This document shows positions 32,914-41,660 of a stretch of 64,000 bases of DNA, one piece after another (position 1 is the first letter of the stretch; every line of letters begins with the position of its first letter). Under the pieces are notes generated by a model that was given only the letters and a program-made list of their open reading frames with translations, was not told where the DNA came from and ran no database searches. Origin of the DNA: Oceanospirillum sp. (lineage in GTDB: Bacteria; Pseudomonadota; Gammaproteobacteria; Pseudomonadales; Halomonadaceae); NCBI GenBank assembly GCA_048264105.1, contig JBLXDJ010000008.1, forward strand, positions 9,489 to 73,488, read 5' to 3'. The position numbers and the translations under genes are program-made.

Positions 32914-32933
32914 ATATAGTTAGAGAACTATAT
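32914..32933. repeat. Perfect 20-bp palindrome ATATAGTT-AGAG-AACTATAT in the cheW/ask divergent intergenic region
   Basis: Read directly: 8-bp arms at 32914-32921 and 32926-32933. Confidence 0.9.
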
Positions 32934-33178
32934 AATCTAATGGCATTGAATAAAAGTTAAACCCCCGGAATGTGTCATTGTGTTGCTTGTTTGTGCCTTG
33001 TTGCAGAGATTTTTCCCCATAAAGCCCTCTCGCCAATGGTCTTGTTTAACAAATGATATGTTTAGAGATATAATCTTTTTCGATTCGGGCAGGTCAACGC
33101 CTGCATAACTGAAAAACATTAAGGAGGCAGCTGCTTTTGTTACGGTCCTTTACGGGATCAGAAAGCTGAACCTAAACA

Positions 33179-34618
33179 ATGAAAAGCCATACGGTAGAGA
33201 AGATCGGCGGCACGTCGATGAGTGATTACGCCGCAGTACGAGATAACATCATTTTTCATAAGCAGGCCGGAAAAGAAGGCTATCAGCGAATTTTTGTGGT
33301 ATCTGCGTACGGTGGTGTAACCGACCTGCTGCTCGAGCATAAAAAGTCCGATAAAGCAGGGGTTTACGCCTCTTTTTCCGGTGCTGAAGATGGCAGTGTA
33401 TGGCGCGAAAAGATGACTCGTCTGCGCGCTAAACTGATGTCGATTAACTATGAGCTGTTCGGTCAGACACCTTTGTGTCAGCTGGCGGACAACTTTATTG
33501 GTGACCGTCTGGATGAGGCGGAACAAACCCTGAGTGATCTTGAGAGTGTCTGTCAGCACGGCCACTTTGATCTCAGTGATCACCTGATGACCGTGCGTGA
33601 AATGATGGCCAGTCTGGGTGAAGCCCACAGTGCCTGGAATATGGCGCAGCTGCTGAAACGCGACGGTATCAATGCGATCTTTATCGATCTGACTGGCTGG
33701 AATGCCGAGAAACACCTGTCGCTGGATGAGCGAATTGAAGCAGCATTCAAAGATGTGGATCTGGCGAACTGCCTGCCAATCGCCACTGGCTATGCTCACT
33801 GCACCGAAGGCCTGATGCAGACCTTTGATCGTGGTTACAGTGAAATGGTCTTCAGCCGTGTTGCGGTGCTGACCGATGCCCGTGAAGCGATTATTCATAA
33901 AGAGTATCACCTGAGTAGTGCGGATCCCCGTCTGGTGGGTGTGGATAACGCCGTTCCGATTGGCCGTACCAACTATGATGTGGCAGATCAGCTGGCGAAT
34001 CTGGGTATGGAAGCGATTCACCCGAAAGCCGCTAAAGGCCTGCGTCAGCAATGCCTGCCGCTGCGTGTGATGAACACCTTTGAGCCGGATCATGCCGGTA
34101 CGCTGATAACCGCAGAATATGTCAGTGAGAAGCCAAGCGTTGAGATCATCGCCGGTCGTCAGAATGTTTACGCACTGGAGTTCTTTGATCAGGACATGAT
34201 GGGTAGCATGAGCCGTTACGGCCGTGAGCTGCTGGGGATTATCGAGCGCTTTAAAGTGCCGCTGATCACCAAAGATAACAACGCGAACACCCTGACACAC
34301 TATATGGCCTCTAACCTGAAGACCATTAAGCGTCTGCAGCGAGCGATTCAGGAGCAGTTCCCGGGTTGTGAGATGAGCTTGAAGAAGGTAGCCATCGTAT
34401 CTGCTATCGGTAGTGATATGCAGGTGCCGGGTATTCTGGCGCAAACCGTTAATGCGCTGGCGTCTGCCAATATCAGCGTGCTGGCGCTGCAGCAGTCGAT
34501 GCGTCAGGTTGATATTCAGTTTATCGTTTCTAACGATGACTATGATCTTGCGGTTCAGAGTCTGCACCGCAGCCTGATCGAAGTGCATAATCACGGTGAA
34601 GCGATCTGCGCGGCCTGA
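33179..34618 (+). CDS. Aspartate kinase (long monofunctional type, resembling ectoine-associated Ask)
   Basis: 479 aa with the N-terminal VEKIGGTSMS kinase motif, GRTNYDVADQLANLGMEAIHPKAAKGL, and C-terminal ACT-like repeats (VAIVSAIGSDM). Confidence 0.88.
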   Translation: MKSHTVEKIGGTSMSDYAAVRDNIIFHKQAGKEGYQRIFVVSAYGGVTDLLLEHKKSDKAGVYASFSGAEDGSVWREKMTRLRAKLMSINYELFGQTPLCQLADNFIGDRLDEAEQTLSDLESVCQHGHFDLSDHLMTVREMMASLGEAHSAWNMAQLLKRDGINAIFIDLTGWNAEKHLSLDERIEAAFKDVDLANCLPIATGYAHCTEGLMQTFDRGYSEMVFSRVAVLTDAREAIIHKEYHLSSADPRLVGVDNAVPIGRTNYDVADQLANLGMEAIHPKAAKGLRQQCLPLRVMNTFEPDHAGTLITAEYVSEKPSVEIIAGRQNVYALEFFDQDMMGSMSRYGRELLGIIERFKVPLITKDNNANTLTHYMASNLKTIKRLQRAIQEQFPGCEMSLKKVAIVSAIGSDMQVPGILAQTVNALASANISVLALQQSMRQVDIQFIVSNDDYDLAVQSLHRSLIEVHNHGEAICAA

Positions 34619-34664
34619 TATTTGGCCGGTGAAGCCTTAGCTTCCCGCTGAGTAAAAGATGGTA

Positions 34665-34700
34665 ACGGCCATAACCCACAGGGTTATGGCCGTTTTTTTT
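34665..34700 (+). terminator. Intrinsic terminator after the aspartate kinase gene
   Basis: ACGGCCATAACCC-aca-GGGTTATGGCCGTTTTTTTT. Confidence 0.88.
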
Positions 34701-34735
34701 GCGCCCTGCTTACGCTCTGTTGTTTTGTGTCTTAA

Positions 34736-34772
34736 CTGTCATTTATGGCTGACATTTCTGTCTTTTGCTGTC
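34736..34772. promoter_or_regulatory. Candidate enhancer (UAS) for a sigma54 activator
   Basis: TGTCA-N8-TGACA dyad (34737-34754) plus four CTG(T/A)C pentamers at 34736, 34749, 34758 and 34768. The cluster lies 90-130 bp upstream of the -24 element. Confidence 0.4.
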
Positions 34773-34862
34773 CTAAGTGTTTATTCGGCCTGATAGCCGG
34801 AAAGATAGATTTTCCCTTTAAAAACAATGGCTAAGTTAATCTTTTAAGCCTTTGAGCCTGGT

Positions 34863-34878
34863 TGGCACCCCCGTTGCA
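34863..34878 (+). promoter_or_regulatory. Sigma54 (-24/-12) promoter, perfect consensus
   Basis: TGGCAC-ccccg-TTGCA, an exact match to TGGCAC-N5-TTGCA. Confidence 0.75.
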
Positions 34879-34938
34879 ATATCCTGAGTGTAAAGCGTTA
34901 AACGCTGATTCCTACGGATGCAAACAGGAGTGACCAAA

Positions 34939-35064
34939 ATGGCACATGCTGAATCCCACGATTATGAAACCATTGGTGTAGGTGCAACGCTGCTGATGGC
35001 AGCTGCAGGTCTGGTTATCGGAATCCTTCCGGTGCTGACACAGATCTGGGTGTTGCTGGATTAA
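34939..35064 (+). CDS. Unannotated 41-aa single-TM membrane peptide (below the ORF-track cutoff)
   Basis: AGGAG lies 8 nt upstream of the ATG. Sequence: MAHAESHDYETIGVGATLLMAAAGLVIGILPVLTQIWVLLD*. It starts ~50 nt downstream of the sigma54 promoter and is followed by a terminator at 35121-35150. Confidence 0.5.
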   Translation: MAHAESHDYETIGVGATLLMAAAGLVIGILPVLTQIWVLLD

Positions 35065-35120
35065 GATTTCTGACGTTCCCGGAGCCGGCTGTTTACCCGG
35101 CTCCGTGTACATCACGCTCA

Positions 35121-35150
35121 ATAGCTCCGCTTTGTCGGGGCTATTTTTTT
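35121..35150 (+). terminator. Intrinsic terminator after the 41-codon ORF
   Basis: ATAGCTCCG-ctttgt-CGGGGCTAT stem followed by TTTTTT. A further 9-bp hairpin lies at ~35075-35105. Confidence 0.7.
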
Positions 35151-35305
35151 GTCTGCTATTTATCGACTGAGCGATACCTTTGGCTATTTTTTAAGCGATG
35201 GTTTTCTGATTAAGACCAATGAAGGGCAAAAAATTGATCTTAAAAACAGGATTAGAAGACTTTCTGAGGTAAGATTACAAAAAATAACACTAAGGAGCAG
35301 AGCGG

Positions 35306-37870
35306 ATGGCTGAGGCCTCTGTAAAGCTGGGGATACGAGCGAAGCTGGTCGCTCTGTTTCTGCTGATTAAAGTGATACCTCTTATCCTGCTGGCCCTGAT
35401 CGCCTGGCATGGGGTGGTTTATCTGGGCGAGCGTCTGAATGATGAAACCCACCTGCTGAGCGATGAGGTGCGTTACACCGTTGAGGATATGGGAAATACC
35501 TTCAGCGAGAAGGCGGAAGAGGCGCTTAATAATCGCGCCCGTGAAGAGCTGGAGCGTCTGACCACGGATACCGCCCGCAACGTTGCCCGCTTTCTTTACC
35601 AGCGTGATGATGACCTGAATCTTGTCGCCGCCATGCCGCTGAACGAAGCCAGCTTGCGTCGTTTTGTCGAGAACCGTAAAGGCCGTGTCACTCCAACCGG
35701 ACAGTGGCAACTGGCAGAAGATGGCAGTAGCTGGTTACCAGTTGACCCTCTTGTTTCAAATGCAGCCGATGTGGCGTCCAGCAACGCTGAAAACCAGCAG
35801 GACTTCCATTACCGGACTCCGGAAGTGGTTCAGCCTTCCCTGCAGATTCCCCTCTATCATGAGATCACCTTTATTGGCCTTGATGGCCGTGAGCGCATCA
35901 AGGTGCAGACCTCAGATCTGTTGCCCAAAGCTCTTAACGACGTTTCCAGACCTGAAAACACCTACGCCAAAGCTGAACACTACTTTGCTGAGTTGCAGAA
36001 GCTTGAGCCGGGTGAGATCTATGTCTCTGAAGTGATCGGTCCCTATGTACCGTCACGGATTCTTGGGCCTGCGACACCTAAGGCAGCGGCCAAACGTAAT
36101 ATTCCTTTTGAGCCGGAGCAGGAAGCCTACGCGGGACGGGAAAACCCGGTGGGTAAAAAGTTTCGTGGCATTATCCGCTGGGCAACCCCTGTGGAGCGTA
36201 ACGGCAAAAAAATCGGCTATATCACCCTGGCGCTGAATCACGATCATATTCTTGCGTTCACCGATAACCTGAAACCGACAGAAAAACGCTACGACGTAAT
36301 TGCCGATGCCAGCAGTGGTAATTACGCCTTTATGTGGGATTACAAAGACCGCAATATCGCTCATCCACGCCATCACTCCATTGTGGGTTTTGATCCGGAA
36401 ACCGGCGAGCGTGCCGTGCCCTGGTTAGAGGCTTCTATCTATGAAGGCTGGCAGCAAAGCGGCCTGCCGTTACGGGAATATCTGGCGGATGTGCCGATTT
36501 TTGATCAGCAAACCCGCAGCAAAAAACCGGCCTTACCGCTGATCCGGCAGGGGCAGCTGGGGCTGGAATGTCACTATCTCAATTTTGCCCCTCAGTGTAA
36601 GGGGTGGAATGACCTGACCCGCGAGGGTGGCTCAGGTTCTTTCCTGATTCACTGGACAGGGGTCTGGAAGCTGACCACCGCAGCGACTATCCCCTATTTC
36701 ACAGGCCATTATGGTGACTCTCCCCGTGGCTTCGGCTTCGTGACGATCGGTGCCAACATTGATGATTTCCAGCTGCCGGCAAAAGAAACCGCCGCCAGTA
36801 TGGAAGCTAAGCTGGAGGAGTTCACCGGTATTCTGGCAGAGCGCCAGACCGAGCTGAGTCAGCTGATCAACAAGATCATGGCTGATGTCGCTATGGAGCT
36901 GACGGTATCCACCGCACTGATGGTGATCGTCGTGGTGATCATCGCCGTCTGGATGGCGTCCATGATTACCGGGCTGGTGCGTTACTTCACCTCGGGTCTG
37001 CACCGGATCGGCCGTGGCGAATACAGCTTCCGTTTTGGGGCTAAGCGAAACGATGAGATCGGCCAGCTGAGCCATGCGCTTAACGGCATGGCAGACAGTG
37101 TGGAGGCTTCTTTTGAGATCTCTGATAAGGCGCGGCAGGAAGCGGAAAAAGCCAGTCAGATGAAGAGCGACTTTCTTGCCCGTATGTCCCACGAACTTCG
37201 CACCCCGCTGAATGGCATTATGGGCTTTGCTGAGATTCTGCAGCTGGATGAGAAGGATGAAGAAACCCGGGAATACGCCGGTATTATCCATCAGAGCGGT
37301 AATCATCTGTTGAGACTGGTGGATGATATTCTGGATCTGGCCAAAATGGATGCCGGACAGCTGACCCTGACACCCCATGAGATACGGTTGCAGAGCTGGC
37401 TGAATAGTTTTGCCAATGCTCACCGACGCGCTGCCACAAAAAAAGGACTGACACTGGAGCTGGATACCGAAGCTATTTCGCCGGAAGCCGGCCTCTATAT
37501 TGATGACACCCGCCTGCGTCAGGTGCTGAACAATCTGGTAGAGAACGCCATTAAGTTCACCCCTCAGGGTAAGGTCAGTCTGCAGGTTTCTGAAACCGGA
37601 CACAGCGTTATTTTTGATGTGCTGGATGAGGGTGAAGGTATCCCGCAGGATGCCCATGATCAGGTATTTGAAGCCTTCCGTCAGGCTACCGAATTTGTTA
37701 ACCGCTGCCATGGTGGTACAGGGTTGGGGCTCAGCATTGTACGGGAGCTGTGTCATGTGATGGGTGGTGAGGTTGAACTGGTGCGCTCGGTTGAGGGTGA
37801 AGGCAGTCACTTCCGGGTTGAGCTGCCCAAGCGTGAAGTACCGGAAGACGAGCGTATCGATCTGGTCTGA
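35306..37870 (+). CDS. Sensor histidine kinase with a large Cache-like extracytoplasmic domain, HAMP, HisKA and HATPase_c; no receiver domain and no adjacent response regulator
   Basis: 854 aa. TM1 is at ~15-40, followed by a ~500-aa periplasmic region and TM2 (LTVSTALMVIVVVIIAVWMASMITGLV). H-box SDFLARMSHELRTPLNGI. N and G boxes NLVENAIKFT and GGTGLGLSIV. Confidence 0.88.
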   Translation: MAEASVKLGIRAKLVALFLLIKVIPLILLALIAWHGVVYLGERLNDETHLLSDEVRYTVEDMGNTFSEKAEEALNNRAREELERLTTDTARNVARFLYQRDDDLNLVAAMPLNEASLRRFVENRKGRVTPTGQWQLAEDGSSWLPVDPLVSNAADVASSNAENQQDFHYRTPEVVQPSLQIPLYHEITFIGLDGRERIKVQTSDLLPKALNDVSRPENTYAKAEHYFAELQKLEPGEIYVSEVIGPYVPSRILGPATPKAAAKRNIPFEPEQEAYAGRENPVGKKFRGIIRWATPVERNGKKIGYITLALNHDHILAFTDNLKPTEKRYDVIADASSGNYAFMWDYKDRNIAHPRHHSIVGFDPETGERAVPWLEASIYEGWQQSGLPLREYLADVPIFDQQTRSKKPALPLIRQGQLGLECHYLNFAPQCKGWNDLTREGGSGSFLIHWTGVWKLTTAATIPYFTGHYGDSPRGFGFVTIGANIDDFQLPAKETAASMEAKLEEFTGILAERQTELSQLINKIMADVAMELTVSTALMVIVVVIIAVWMASMITGLVRYFTSGLHRIGRGEYSFRFGAKRNDEIGQLSHALNGMADSVEASFEISDKARQEAEKASQMKSDFLARMSHELRTPLNGIMGFAEILQLDEKDEETREYAGIIHQSGNHLLRLVDDILDLAKMDAGQLTLTPHEIRLQSWLNSFANAHRRAATKKGLTLELDTEAISPEAGLYIDDTRLRQVLNNLVENAIKFTPQGKVSLQVSETGHSVIFDVLDEGEGIPQDAHDQVFEAFRQATEFVNRCHGGTGLGLSIVRELCHVMGGEVELVRSVEGEGSHFRVELPKREVPEDERIDLV

Positions 37871-37927
37871 TCGCACCGATTCAGGCTTCCCTCCGTAGAA
37901 GGGGGGAACTGAATCGGGAGCGAAACC

Positions 37928-38245
37928 ATGACCATCAGCCTTAAAACCCTGCAACAGCAGCCGGACATTGAGAAAGTTATTATTCACTCACTGGACTGCG
38001 CGCTTTATCAGGTTTCTGCCATCATCGAAGGGCAGGAGCTGTATCTCACCGATGAGCAGGGAACCCTGCTTCGTAGCCACAACAAACTCAGCCTTCAGGC
38101 CTTGTTTGAAGGTTTGCCGGTTCGTCAGATGGTGTTGCGTCAGCAAAGCGCCTACGACGAGATGGTCGGTCAGCCCCTCCGTCAGGAAGATAACTTTATG
38201 GAAGTCCCTCTCGGTAACGGTGCTATGGGTGTCACGGATCGATAA
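37928..38245 (+). CDS. Conserved hypothetical protein (105 aa) downstream of the kinase
   Basis: The ORF follows the kinase after 57 nt. No motif that I can name confidently; it possibly belongs to a small DUF family found in marine gammaproteobacteria. Confidence 0.55.
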   Translation: MTISLKTLQQQPDIEKVIIHSLDCALYQVSAIIEGQELYLTDEQGTLLRSHNKLSLQALFEGLPVRQMVLRQQSAYDEMVGQPLRQEDNFMEVPLGNGAMGVTDR

Positions 38246-38335
38246 TTCCTCTCCTGCGACAGATCCTTAAAGCTGCATCTGCGACTCTGGCCGATTACAC
38301 TGTGACCTGACTTTTTACAGCAGGCAGGAGCAGTC

Positions 38336-39253
38336 ATGAAGATTCTGGTGGTGGGCGCAGGTGCCGTAGGCGTTTTATTTGGTAGTCAGCTGCAACAGCA
38401 GGGCGTGTCGCTCTCGTATCTGGTGCGCCCGAAACGGGCTGAAGAGCTGAGTCAGCAGCCCCTTGATGTTTGCCTGCCGGAATCCGTCATCAGCCTGACA
38501 CCTCACTGCCTGACCCAGCCGGAACTTTCATCGGCTCCGGCCTTTGATCTGATTATCCTCACCAATAAAGCCTATGGTCTGTCACAGGTGATCGATGATA
38601 TCGCGCCTGCTGTGGGCGAGCACACCCTGATACTGCCCCTGCTGAACGGCCTTCGCCACCTGGATCGGTTAGATGATGCCTTTGGTGCGGGTAAGGTGCT
38701 GGGTGGTATCGCCAAAACCGTCGCTACCCTGAAAACACCGTGGCAGGTTAACGTCGCCAGTGGCTATAACAGCATCACCGTTGCTGCCCGTGAAGCTTCA
38801 CAACAGGCTGCCGTGTCTGAGATTGTTCAGCTGTTTCAGCAGTCCGGTCTTACGGTTGAGCAGACCGACGACGTCATGGGGCAGATGTGGGATAAGTTCT
38901 GTCGCATGGCAGGCTTAGGGGCGGTGAACTGTCTGCTGCAGGGGAATGTGGGTGAATATATGAAGAGTGATCGCGGCGGCGAAATCGCCCTGCAGATCTT
39001 TGATGAATGCTGTCAGGTTGCCGCAGCCTCTGGTCATCCGCTGGCCGAGGATTCGGTACAGAGCTTCCAGCGTATCCTTACCAACCCCAAATCCAGCTTC
39101 AACTCCTCCATGTATCGCGACATGCGAAATGGCCTGCCCATCGAGGGTGATCACCTTGTCGGTGATATGGTTGCCCGGGGCAAAGATGTTGGAGTCGCCA
39201 CCCCAATGCTCGAAATCGCCGAAGCTGTGTTGCAGGTTTATAGCCGTAGATAA
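38336..39253 (+). CDS. panE: 2-dehydropantoate 2-reductase family (PanE/ApbA) oxidoreductase
   Basis: 305 aa with an N-terminal Rossmann motif MKILVVGAGAVGVLFG and an ApbA_C-like C-terminal half. Confidence 0.75.
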   Translation: MKILVVGAGAVGVLFGSQLQQQGVSLSYLVRPKRAEELSQQPLDVCLPESVISLTPHCLTQPELSSAPAFDLIILTNKAYGLSQVIDDIAPAVGEHTLILPLLNGLRHLDRLDDAFGAGKVLGGIAKTVATLKTPWQVNVASGYNSITVAAREASQQAAVSEIVQLFQQSGLTVEQTDDVMGQMWDKFCRMAGLGAVNCLLQGNVGEYMKSDRGGEIALQIFDECCQVAAASGHPLAEDSVQSFQRILTNPKSSFNSSMYRDMRNGLPIEGDHLVGDMVARGKDVGVATPMLEIAEAVLQVYSRR

Positions 39254-39264
39254 TCAACAAAAAC

Positions 39265-39296
39265 AAAAAAGGCCCAGCTGTTTCCAGCTGGGCCTT
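39265..39296 (-). terminator. Intrinsic terminator after ssrA (also closes panE)
   Basis: GGCCCAGCTG-tttc-CAGCTGGGCC stem. The T-run is on the minus strand (TTTTTTGTTTTTG). Confidence 0.8.
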
Positions 39297-39303
39297 CGAT
39301 GTT

Positions 39304-39661
39304 TGGTGGAGGTGGGGGGAGTCGAACCCCCGTCCGCCAGTCCTCTGCCATCGGATCTACATGCTTAGTTTCGTTTTTTGGTTTAACACCCGGCACTCCA
39401 ACGAACAGGATTGCCTAGCGCGAGTCTCGTAAAGTTTTAGAAGCGCGGTCTGAGACGGACGTTGCTTCGAGCCTGTTTCGCGGGCTCATACCTCGTCTAG
39501 AAGATACAGGCATCTTCCGTCTGAGGGAGCAGCATTAAGCTGCTAGAGCGTAGTTTTCGTCGTTTGCGACTATAAAATTGTAACGCTGGATTTACGAGAT
39601 ACGTTACCCTCTCGACATGCACCTCAGGGTTTGAAACCGGCGTCGAAGCCATGTCACCCCC
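39304..39661 (-). ncRNA. ssrA: tmRNA (SsrA), 358 nt
   Basis: The minus strand starts GGGGGUGACAUGGCUUCGACGCCGG and ends GGACGGGGGUUCGACUCCCCCCACCUCCACCA, with a G3-U acceptor pair. The tag reading frame GCAAACGACGAAAACTACGCTCTAGCAGCTTAA encodes ANDENYALAA*. Confidence 0.97.
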
Positions 39662-39724
39662 AAAGAAGTCGGGCATTCTAACAGAGTTGCCCTTTGTTTG
39701 CCTAATTACTCAGGCCTGGCTAAT

Positions 39725-40216
39725 TTATCCGGCGTGCTCGCGCACAATACGCTGCTTCTGACGACCCCAGTCGCGGTCTTTCTCAGTTGCCCGTTTGTCG
39801 TGCAGTTTCTTACCGGTTACCAGTGCGATCTCACATTTCACTTTGTTGTTTTTCCAGTACAGCGCGATAGGCACACAGGTGTGACCTTTCTGCTGAATGG
39901 CAGCAAAGATTTTTGCGATCTCTTTCTTATGAAGTAAGAGTTTCCGATTGCGGGTTGGTTCCGCAAGAACATGAGATGAAGCGCTGATCAGCGGTGTGAT
40001 GTGCGCACCCATCAGCCAGACTTCTCCCTTGTGCATAATGACATAGCCCTCGGTAATCTGGACTTTGCCGGCACGGAGACTTTTTACTTCCCAACCACCC
40101 AGAGACAGGCCCGCCTCGAACTTTTCATTGATATGAAATTCGTGACGTGCGCGCTTATTCAGGGCGATAGTTGAGCTGGTTGCTTTTGCTTTCTGTTTCT
40201 TAGCCATAGCGGGCAT
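39725..40216 (-). CDS. smpB: SsrA-binding protein SmpB
   Basis: 163 aa. [32 protein letters not shown] and the C-terminal [12 protein letters not shown] tail are canonical. Lies directly upstream of ssrA. Confidence 0.95.
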   Translation of the reverse strand: MPAMAKKQKAKATSSTIALNKRARHEFHINEKFEAGLSLGGWEVKSLRAGKVQITEGYVIMHKGEVWLMGAHITPLISASSHVLAEPTRNRKLLLHKKEIAKIFAAIQQKGHTCVPIALYWKNNKVKCEIALVTGKKLHDKRATEKDRDWGRQKQRIVREHAG

Positions 40217-40396
40217 TATAAGACTAAGAAAGCCAAAGGGCTATCAGGCGAAACCGTTAAAAATCAAAATCATGCTACAATTCTGCCTTTAAGTGGACAG
40301 CGGCGTCTGCGGCTGCCCGGTTTTGCTACAGATTTGGTCTGTCTGCAGCCGGTGTTTTCCGGTTTGGCCAATAATGAGAGAGCGAGAGCGTCATAA

Positions 40397-40831
40397 ATGA
40401 CAACGGTGACCCGAAGCGCGCTGGTTATGCACTCTGCCCGAGAGATGTATGACCTGGTAAACGACTGTGAGTCCTATCCTCAATTTTTGCCTTGGTGTGG
40501 TAATGCTACGCTGATTGAGTCTTCCGAAACCCATATGGTGGGTAAGCTGGAGATCTCGAAGGCGGGGATTAAGCACAGCTTTACCACCCGTAATACGCTG
40601 GAAGCGCCGCATCATATTCATCTGCAGCTGGTTGATGGCCCGTTTAAAAAGCTGGAAGGCGACTGGAAATTTGAAGCGCTGTCGGAGGAAGCCTGTAAGG
40701 TCACTCTGACGATGGAGTTTGAGTTTGCCGGTAAGCTGCTCAGCATGGCATTGGGCGGTGTCTTTAATCAGGCGGCCAATACGATGGTAGAAGCATTTTG
40801 TAAGCGGGCGGATGACGTTTATGGACGATAA
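40397..40831 (+). CDS. ratA: RatA/YfjG-like SRPBCC (Coq10-type) protein
   Basis: 144 aa, colinear with E. coli RatA (YPQFLPWC, SKAGIKHSFTTRN, LVDGPFKKLEGDWKF). Confidence 0.88.
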   Translation: MTTVTRSALVMHSAREMYDLVNDCESYPQFLPWCGNATLIESSETHMVGKLEISKAGIKHSFTTRNTLEAPHHIHLQLVDGPFKKLEGDWKFEALSEEACKVTLTMEFEFAGKLLSMALGGVFNQAANTMVEAFCKRADDVYGR

Positions 40832-41120
40832 GAAGATTCGGGTAGAAGTGGTGTACGCCCTGCCCAATGAACAGCGTGTGGTGGAGTTGTATGTGCCGGA
40901 AGGTACAACGGTGCAGCAGGCAGCAGAGCGCTCTGGTCTGGATCAGCATTATCCTGAGATCGATCTGGCGACAGCCTCGTTGGGTGTCTTCAGCAAGTTG
41001 TCGAAGAAACCGGCCGAGCAGGTGTTGCGGGAAAATGATCGGGTTGAGATCTACCGGGCACTGATTGCTGACCCTAAGAAGGTTCGGGCGAATCGGGCGG
41101 CCAAACAGAAGAAGGCCTGA
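40812..41120 (+). CDS. rnfH: RnfH family ubiquitin-like protein (UPF0125)
   Basis: IRVEVVYALPNEQ...GDRVEIYRALIADPKKVR matches RnfH/YfjF. The true start may be the ATG at 40821 (MDDKK). Confidence 0.88.
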   Translation: MTFMDDKKIRVEVVYALPNEQRVVELYVPEGTTVQQAAERSGLDQHYPEIDLATASLGVFSKLSKKPAEQVLRENDRVEIYRALIADPKKVRANRAAKQKKA

Positions 41121-41206
41121 TCACGGCTGAGGTTTAACCTGCGGATCATTTCAATTTAAAAGCACCAGACTATTAAATTGAAATACCAGATAAAGAAACA
41201 TCAGAC

Positions 41207-41246
41207 AAAAAAATGGCCCGTCCGGAGCACTCCGGACGGGCCATTT
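41207..41246. terminator. Bidirectional intrinsic terminator (rnfH / bamE)
   Basis: AAAAAAATGGCCCGTCCGGAG-cac-TCCGGACGGGCCATTT. Confidence 0.85.
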
Positions 41247-41263
41247 GCTATTCAGTAAACCCG

Positions 41264-41578
41264 TTAAGGGGTTTTGGTGATTTCCGCGAGACGGTCGTTT
41301 TCAAACGTCAGGGAAACACGCTGCTGGGTGACGTCATCCCGTGGGGATTTTGACCAGTAGATATAATCCCAGCGGTTCTGATCCAGACTTGAGGGCGTCA
41401 GAGGGTTGCCCATCACGTAGATCACCTGTTCCCGGGTCAGTCCGGGGCGGAGTTGATTGATCATCTCATCGGTCATTACGTGACCTTGCTGCAGTTCCCT
41501 TTTGTAGACGCCGGGGAAAATACAGCCGGAAAGTGTGACTAACGACGAAAAGATGACTAAAATGATCAGTCTTTGCAT
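41264..41578 (-). CDS. bamE: Outer membrane protein assembly factor BamE (SmpA/OmlA lipoprotein)
   Basis: The start is set at MQRLIILVIFSSLVTLSGC (lipobox LSGC). The ORF-track start at 41662 would overlap fur. Divergent bamE-fur arrangement as in Pseudomonas (omlA-fur). Confidence 0.88.
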   Translation of the reverse strand: MQRLIILVIFSSLVTLSGCIFPGVYKRELQQGHVMTDEMINQLRPGLTREQVIYVMGNPLTPSSLDQNRWDYIYWSKSPRDDVTQQRVSLTFENDRLAEITKTP

Positions 41579-41660
41579 ATGAGAATATCTTTCACCTTGT
41601 TGTGCAAGTCTGGGATAATACCGGAAATAAGCACCGACTGCGAAGTGAGACCGGAAAAAC

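Noticed and set aside
33158-34594. 478-aa ORF antisense to the aspartokinase gene. Similar long antisense ORFs occur at 36632-37987, 46995-47762, 49188-50171, 50822-52789, 53054-53890 and 56210-57640.
   Set aside because: Each lies exactly opposite a gene with unmistakable homology (ask, the histidine kinase, dnaJ, dapB, carA/carB, ftsH). Their translations are low-complexity and rich in R/H/Q/T with no recognisable motifs. These are shadow ORFs produced by codon bias on the coding strand.
39254-39724. ssrA 3' end as an island integration site.
   Set aside because: The tmRNA gene is intact (358 nt with CCA). It is flanked directly by panE with a shared terminator on one side and by smpB on the other. 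There is no duplicated 3' ssrA segment or integrase.
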